DNA from: a virus
Lineage: Duplodnaviria > Caudoviricetes
Length of the DNA: 64,000 bases
IMG/VR virus record: IMGVR_UViG_3300037455_000173
Location: 64,001 to 128,000 of that record
Direction: 5' to 3' (one strand)
The notes beneath the pieces were generated by a model that was not told where the DNA came from, did not search any database, and saw only the letters and a list, made by a program, of their open reading frames with translations. Below are positions 59,645 through 64,000 of the stretch, in pieces (position 1 is the first letter of the stretch; each line of letters opens with the position of its first letter). Both the position numbers and the translations under genes were made by a program.

Positions 59645-59791
59645 ACCTCCTTAATTAATATATCACTATTATAACACGACTAGCTTTTTGAAACGAAGTT
59701 TCACAGCAAACGGTATTGCTGTATTGCTGCGGTGTTTTGTGTATAGTTACACAACCACGAACCGTGCACATAAGCAATACCGTTACTAGAA

Positions 59792-60373
59792 TTAATCGTT
59801 TCTTACTAAGCTGTAGAACTCGTTACGTAGGTCAGAATCTGTCTTGAATACACCACGAAGAGTTGCTGTTCTTGTTTTTGTACCAGGCTTCTTAATACCA
59901 CGAGCGGTCATACAAGAGTGTTCTCCCTCGATGACAACGATAATATCATTAGTACCTAAAACCTTTTCTAATACATCTGCAATATCAGCACCTATACGTT
60001 CCTGAAGCTGTAGACGTTTACCTACCATATCAGCAATACGAGCTACCTTGCTTAAACCGATTACCTTACCGTTCGGCAAGTAACCAACATGAACCTTCAT
60101 ATTGTACATCAGAGCCATATGATGTTCACAGTAGCTGAAGATTGGAATGTCAGCAATGGTAACTAGGTCACCAGTTGCACCGTCCTCGAAGCATTTATTG
60201 AACTTATCAGCTATTTCATCATTTGTGTAGCACATACCCTCGAATACTTCTGCATACATCTTTGCTACACGCTTTGGTGTGTCTTTAAGACCTTCACGTT
60301 CTGGGTTGTCACCAAGAGCAACCAGAATGTCTTTAACTGCTTTCTCGATAGCTGCTGTGTCGATTTTCTTCAT
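59792..60373 (-). CDS. folE: GTP cyclohydrolase I
   Basis: [42 protein letters not shown]. Confidence 0.95.
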   Translation of the reverse strand: MKKIDTAAIEKAVKDILVALGDNPEREGLKDTPKRVAKMYAEVFEGMCYTNDEIADKFNKCFEDGATGDLVTIADIPIFSYCEHHMALMYNMKVHVGYLPNGKVIGLSKVARIADMVGKRLQLQERIGADIADVLEKVLGTNDIIVVIEGEHSCMTARGIKKPGTKTRTATLRGVFKTDSDLRNEFYSLVRND

Positions 60374-60445
60374 GTCTATTTTCCTCCTTTACCTGTCGTT
60401 TATGAAATTCTCGTCTGATAGCCGCTTGACGCATCTTTCCACATA

Positions 60446-61150
60446 TTAGACACCACGAGCACCAGGGTCGTAGATTATTTTATGAAGCTGAACTTGAATC
60501 TTTACATAAACCAGTCTCTTTTCGAGTAGGTACTGAACTATCTCAGCAGGCTCTATCTTACCCCATACCGGGCTTACATAGATTTGAGCATCTATTTCAG
60601 GATTAGCTTCAAGCACATCCTTCATCTGGTCTAAGTCTTCCTGACTACCTACAACAAACTTCAGAACGTCGTTCGTGTCAAGTAGCTCCAGATTGGAAGA
60701 TAACATCTTAGATGACTCACCAGAACTAATAGATTTCCAGTCCATGGTGAAGAAGTAATCCATAGAGCTCTTCTTATCAGCCTGACCGACAATTATAGGT
60801 TCTAGGTCAATAGAGCCATTCGTCTCTATGTTTACCCAATATCCACGAACTCTAAGCTCTGATATAAGGTCACCGACGTGTTCATGTATAAGTGGTTCTC
60901 CACCTGTTAATGTTATACACTTACAGGGTTCGAACGTCTCTACTGCCAAGATTATCTCGTCTATGGACATCTTTCTGAAACCAAAACCGAGGTCGTCTAA
61001 CTCAGACTTACAAGCATAAGTAGAGTCACAATAAGAACAGTCCAGGTTGCAGCCAAACAAACGAATGAATATAGCAGGAGAACCTGTTCTAGAACCTTCT
61101 CCATCTATGCTATAGAAGATTTCTGATACTGGAAATGTTATCTCATTCAT
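60446..61150 (-). CDS. queE: 7-carboxy-7-deazaguanine synthase (radical SAM)
   Basis: EIFYSIDGEG, FIRLFGCNLDCSYCDS, TGGEP, IETNGS, QLHK. Confidence 0.95.
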   Translation of the reverse strand: MNEITFPVSEIFYSIDGEGSRTGSPAIFIRLFGCNLDCSYCDSTYACKSELDDLGFGFRKMSIDEIILAVETFEPCKCITLTGGEPLIHEHVGDLISELRVRGYWVNIETNGSIDLEPIIVGQADKKSSMDYFFTMDWKSISSGESSKMLSSNLELLDTNDVLKFVVGSQEDLDQMKDVLEANPEIDAQIYVSPVWGKIEPAEIVQYLLEKRLVYVKIQVQLHKIIYDPGARGV

Positions 61151-61545
61151 TATAGCATACCTCCTAATGTGCAACAAGCAATGTTGCCTTCAGATTCCTG
61201 AACGGTAACCTTATAGCACTTACCGTCTGCACCATCTAGGGGATTAAGTTCATCAAATTTCTTGTTCATTTCACAAAGTATCCAGGCTGCCATATTCTCA
61301 GCTGTTGGGTTCATATCTGTGATAACATCATTGATATGATGATGGTCAAGTCTGTCTGAAATTAGATTTTTGATGTGCTTAAAATCGATAATCATACCAT
61401 TATGATTGAGGTGATTCGCTCCGCAGTAAACGGTAACAATCCAGTTATGACCATGAATGTTTCTGCACTTAGATTCATAGTCAAGAGAAAGCTGGTGAGA
61501 ACCAGCTATCTCCATTCTTTTAGATATTGAATATCTGAAGTCCAT
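61150..61545 (-). CDS. queD: 6-carboxytetrahydropterin synthase
   Basis: H.L, CRNIHGHNW, GMIIDF, LDH..IN, NPTAEN. Confidence 0.95.
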   Translation of the reverse strand: MDFRYSISKRMEIAGSHQLSLDYESKCRNIHGHNWIVTVYCGANHLNHNGMIIDFKHIKNLISDRLDHHHINDVITDMNPTAENMAAWILCEMNKKFDELNPLDGADGKCYKVTVQESEGNIACCTLGGML

Positions 61546-61548
61546 AAC

Positions 61549-62253
61549 TCATACCTCCACCTTAATAGCAGGGTCTATTGCGTTATTAGCAGAAAATGCC
61601 TTTGCTCTGTCAATGCAGGTACCACATTTACCACAAGGTCCAGCTTCACCACCATTATAGCAGCTCCAGGTATACTCATAAGGAACCTTAAGCTCAAGAC
61701 CTTTCTTTACTACTTCAGCTTTACTCGAACCAGCAAATGGTGCTTTAAGGGTTACCTTACCGTAGGTACCTATACCTATAGCATCATTCATAGAATCAAT
61801 GAATTCCGGCGAGCAGTCAGCGTATGCATTACCTGCCGCGTCATCTGCATGAGCTCCGATATAGATATATACTTCTTCATCAGGATACACAGAAGCTGCT
61901 ACAGAAGCTGCTGTAGAAAGGAACAAGCCGTTCCGAAAGGGGACATAGGTAGCCACCATACCATTTTCACTTCTGCCAATCTGGTCAGCATAGTCACCTT
62001 CAGGAACTGCTTCTGTAGAATTCTGAAGTAAAGGACAATTACTATACTGGAAAATTGCTGACAAATCCAACTCGATGTGCTTTACATTGTAATGGTTAGC
62101 AACCGTAGTTGCTGCTTCCAGCTCACGCTTATGTCTCTGTCCATAGAACATAGATACTGATGTAACATTGGCAGCACCAAGCTCGTGTACTGCTAAACCA
62201 AGACAAGTGGTACTATCTATACCACCTGAACTAAGAACGATTGCCTTAGGCAT
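61549..62253 (-). CDS. queC: 7-cyano-7-deazaguanine synthase
   Basis: [34 protein letters not shown]. Confidence 0.95.
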   Translation of the reverse strand: MPKAIVLSSGGIDSTTCLGLAVHELGAANVTSVSMFYGQRHKRELEAATTVANHYNVKHIELDLSAIFQYSNCPLLQNSTEAVPEGDYADQIGRSENGMVATYVPFRNGLFLSTAASVAASVYPDEEVYIYIGAHADDAAGNAYADCSPEFIDSMNDAIGIGTYGKVTLKAPFAGSSKAEVVKKGLELKVPYEYTWSCYNGGEAGPCGKCGTCIDRAKAFSANNAIDPAIKVEV

Positions 62254-62752
62254 CGTAAGTCACCTTCCTTTCCGCTGCTGACTGAAGAACTGCCAGACGT
62301 CTCTGAGTTTCAAGGTCCTTGAACTCAGGGTGGTCAGGGTGAACATATGTAGAGAACGGAAAGATTGCGATACCTCCTCTAGGTGCAAAAATACCACGAA
62401 CTTCAAGGTACTTAGGCTCCATCAGCTTAACCAGGTCTTTACAAATCTGATTTACGCAGTCTTCATGGAATGAACCATGATTACGGTAACTGAAGAGATA
62501 AAGTTTAAGTGATTTAGACTCTACCATTCTTTCACTCGGTATATAGCTGATTATAATCTTTGCCATATCAGGCTGTCCAGTCTTAGGACACAATGCTGTA
62601 AACTCATAGGCGTCAAATGTAACCACATAATCCTGGTCTGGGTGTTTATTTATAAACGTCTCTAGAACACCTGGATTATATTCGGTTTCATATTTAGTAT
62701 TCTGATTACCTAATAAGGTAACACCTTCTAATTCTTTTTCTGTACGAGCCAT
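62246..62752 (-). CDS. queF: preQ0 reductase (unimodular QueF)
   Basis: [22 protein letters not shown] QueF motif, FHE, PRGGI. Confidence 0.95.
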   Translation of the reverse strand: MARTEKELEGVTLLGNQNTKYETEYNPGVLETFINKHPDQDYVVTFDAYEFTALCPKTGQPDMAKIIISYIPSERMVESKSLKLYLFSYRNHGSFHEDCVNQICKDLVKLMEPKYLEVRGIFAPRGGIAIFPFSTYVHPDHPEFKDLETQRRLAVLQSAAERKVTYDA

Positions 62753-62754
62753 AA

Positions 62755-63990
62755 TTAAGCCTCCTCACCTTTAAACTCGCCGTCTTTGAGATATTCTTTC
62801 CAGCTGTGTCTCTTGATAAGCATACCATCACCGAAGCTCATGAAACGATATCTCTTATCTACTGCGTGCTTATATGCTGTCATGATTTCGTCATAACCAG
62901 CAACAACAGATACGAGCATCATAAGAGTTGTCTCAGGTGCGTGGAAGTTAGTGATAAGACCGTCTATGCAGTTTACACGTTCAGCTGTTTCAGAACCAGG
63001 ATAAATAAAGATGCTGGTGTCTGTAGAGAATTCTGCAGGATTCTCCCAAACCTCAGGAGGAATAGAAGCAAGTGTACGAAGTGAAGTTGTACCCACTGCT
63101 ACTACATTATGTCCTTCCTTATGTGCCTGCTTAATGTCCTTTATAACATTTACAGGACAGAAGCAATGCTCTGTATGCATAGCGTGATTTCTGAGGTCCT
63201 TAACAACAACAGGCTTAAATGTACCAAGACCAACATCAAGTGTTACCTCTCTAACCTTTACACCCTTATCCTTGAGAGCCTGAAGTATCTCAGGAGTAAA
63301 GTGAAGACCTGCTGTCGGAGCTGCACAAGAAGTTCTTTCCTTAGCATAAACCGTGTTGTACATCTCAGAGATATACTCCTCAGAATGACCTCTACCCTGA
63401 ATATACGGAGGAAGCGGTGTTTCACCTATCTTGTCAAGAACATCCCAACCAGATGAGTTAGCAAAGTCAAGAAATACTTCACCCTCATCATCACAACTCT
63501 TAATTGTAACTTCAGCATCATCAGAACCATTAAGAACAAGAATTGTACCCTCTTCCTGAGGTTTGCTAATCATTGCCTTCCAGGTTGAACCACCCTGATA
63601 CTGAACGAACAGTATCTCTACTGTATTATCTTCATCTGCCTGTGTGCCTTTCTTGTAAGCAAAAGCACGTGCAGGAATTACCTTTGTGTTATTAAGAACG
63701 AGCACGTCACCCTCGTTGAAGTAATCACAGATATCTGTGAAGTGTTTGTCTGTAAGTGCTACTGCAGGACCTTCACCTGTAGCTTCAACCGTTGTGTCTA
63801 CAATAAGACACCTTGCACTTGCTCTGTCAGGAAGAGGCTCCTGAGCGATAAGCTCCTGAGGAAGGTCATAACGATAATGAGCAGCAGAGAACTGCTCTTC
63901 TGCTGGGGCTGTATCAAGTCCCTTAGCGGTTACTGTGCTAGAATTACTGAATATATCAGGTATTCCAGTTTCCATTTTGTTTGTGTTCAT
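62755..63990 (-). CDS. queA: SAM:tRNA ribosyltransferase-isomerase
   Basis: [67 protein letters not shown]. Confidence 0.95.
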   Translation of the reverse strand: MNTNKMETGIPDIFSNSSTVTAKGLDTAPAEEQFSAAHYRYDLPQELIAQEPLPDRASARCLIVDTTVEATGEGPAVALTDKHFTDICDYFNEGDVLVLNNTKVIPARAFAYKKGTQADEDNTVEILFVQYQGGSTWKAMISKPQEEGTILVLNGSDDAEVTIKSCDDEGEVFLDFANSSGWDVLDKIGETPLPPYIQGRGHSEEYISEMYNTVYAKERTSCAAPTAGLHFTPEILQALKDKGVKVREVTLDVGLGTFKPVVVKDLRNHAMHTEHCFCPVNVIKDIKQAHKEGHNVVAVGTTSLRTLASIPPEVWENPAEFSTDTSIFIYPGSETAERVNCIDGLITNFHAPETTLMMLVSVVAGYDEIMTAYKHAVDKRYRFMSFGDGMLIKRHSWKEYLKDGEFKGEEA

Positions 63991-64000
63991 GATAGTTTAG

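Noticed and set aside
189-63456. The many plus-strand and nested ORFs in the track
   Set aside because: They are antisense or alternate-frame shadows of RBS-supported minus-strand genes.

Overview
This is a 64-kb segment of a large tailed phage with a contractile-tail (myovirus-type) baseplate. The host is probably an anaerobic Firmicute, judging from AGGAGG Shine-Dalgarno sites, TG-extended TATAAT -10 boxes, anaerobic RNR, a SleB-like hydrolase and a GH25 lysin. Essentially all genes lie on the minus strand. Read right to left (direction of transcription), the window holds: (1) a queuosine/7-deazaguanine operon (queA-queF-queC-queD-queE-folE), then an HPRT-like phosphoribosyltransferase and nrdD/nrdG; (2) tape measure and baseplate genes, a two-domain endolysin, a duplicated array of putative adhesin/receptor-binding genes, and holin-like genes; (3) an accessory region (17-31 kb) with three tRNAs, a MazF-like protein, an Acb2/Tad1-like protein, and NADAR, HD and ThyX-like genes; (4) an early/host-takeover region (1-16 kb) of small orphan genes, most behind copies of one promoter, AACTTCG-N17-TGTTATAAT (about 30 copies). 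The most striking observation is a family of free-standing tRNA minihelix-like RNAs: a 12-bp covarying stem, a GUAA-containing 7-8 nt loop and, in four of five copies, an encoded 3' ACCA. They sit among the tRNAs and in a ~1-kb structured non-coding region, next to hairpins whose loops are complementary to theirs. Also notable are ~150-bp intergenic islands nearly free of GA/TC dinucleotides upstream of promoters, and a phage Q pathway that includes the tRNA-specific QueA. Protein calls come from motif recognition only; no database searches or folding programs were run.
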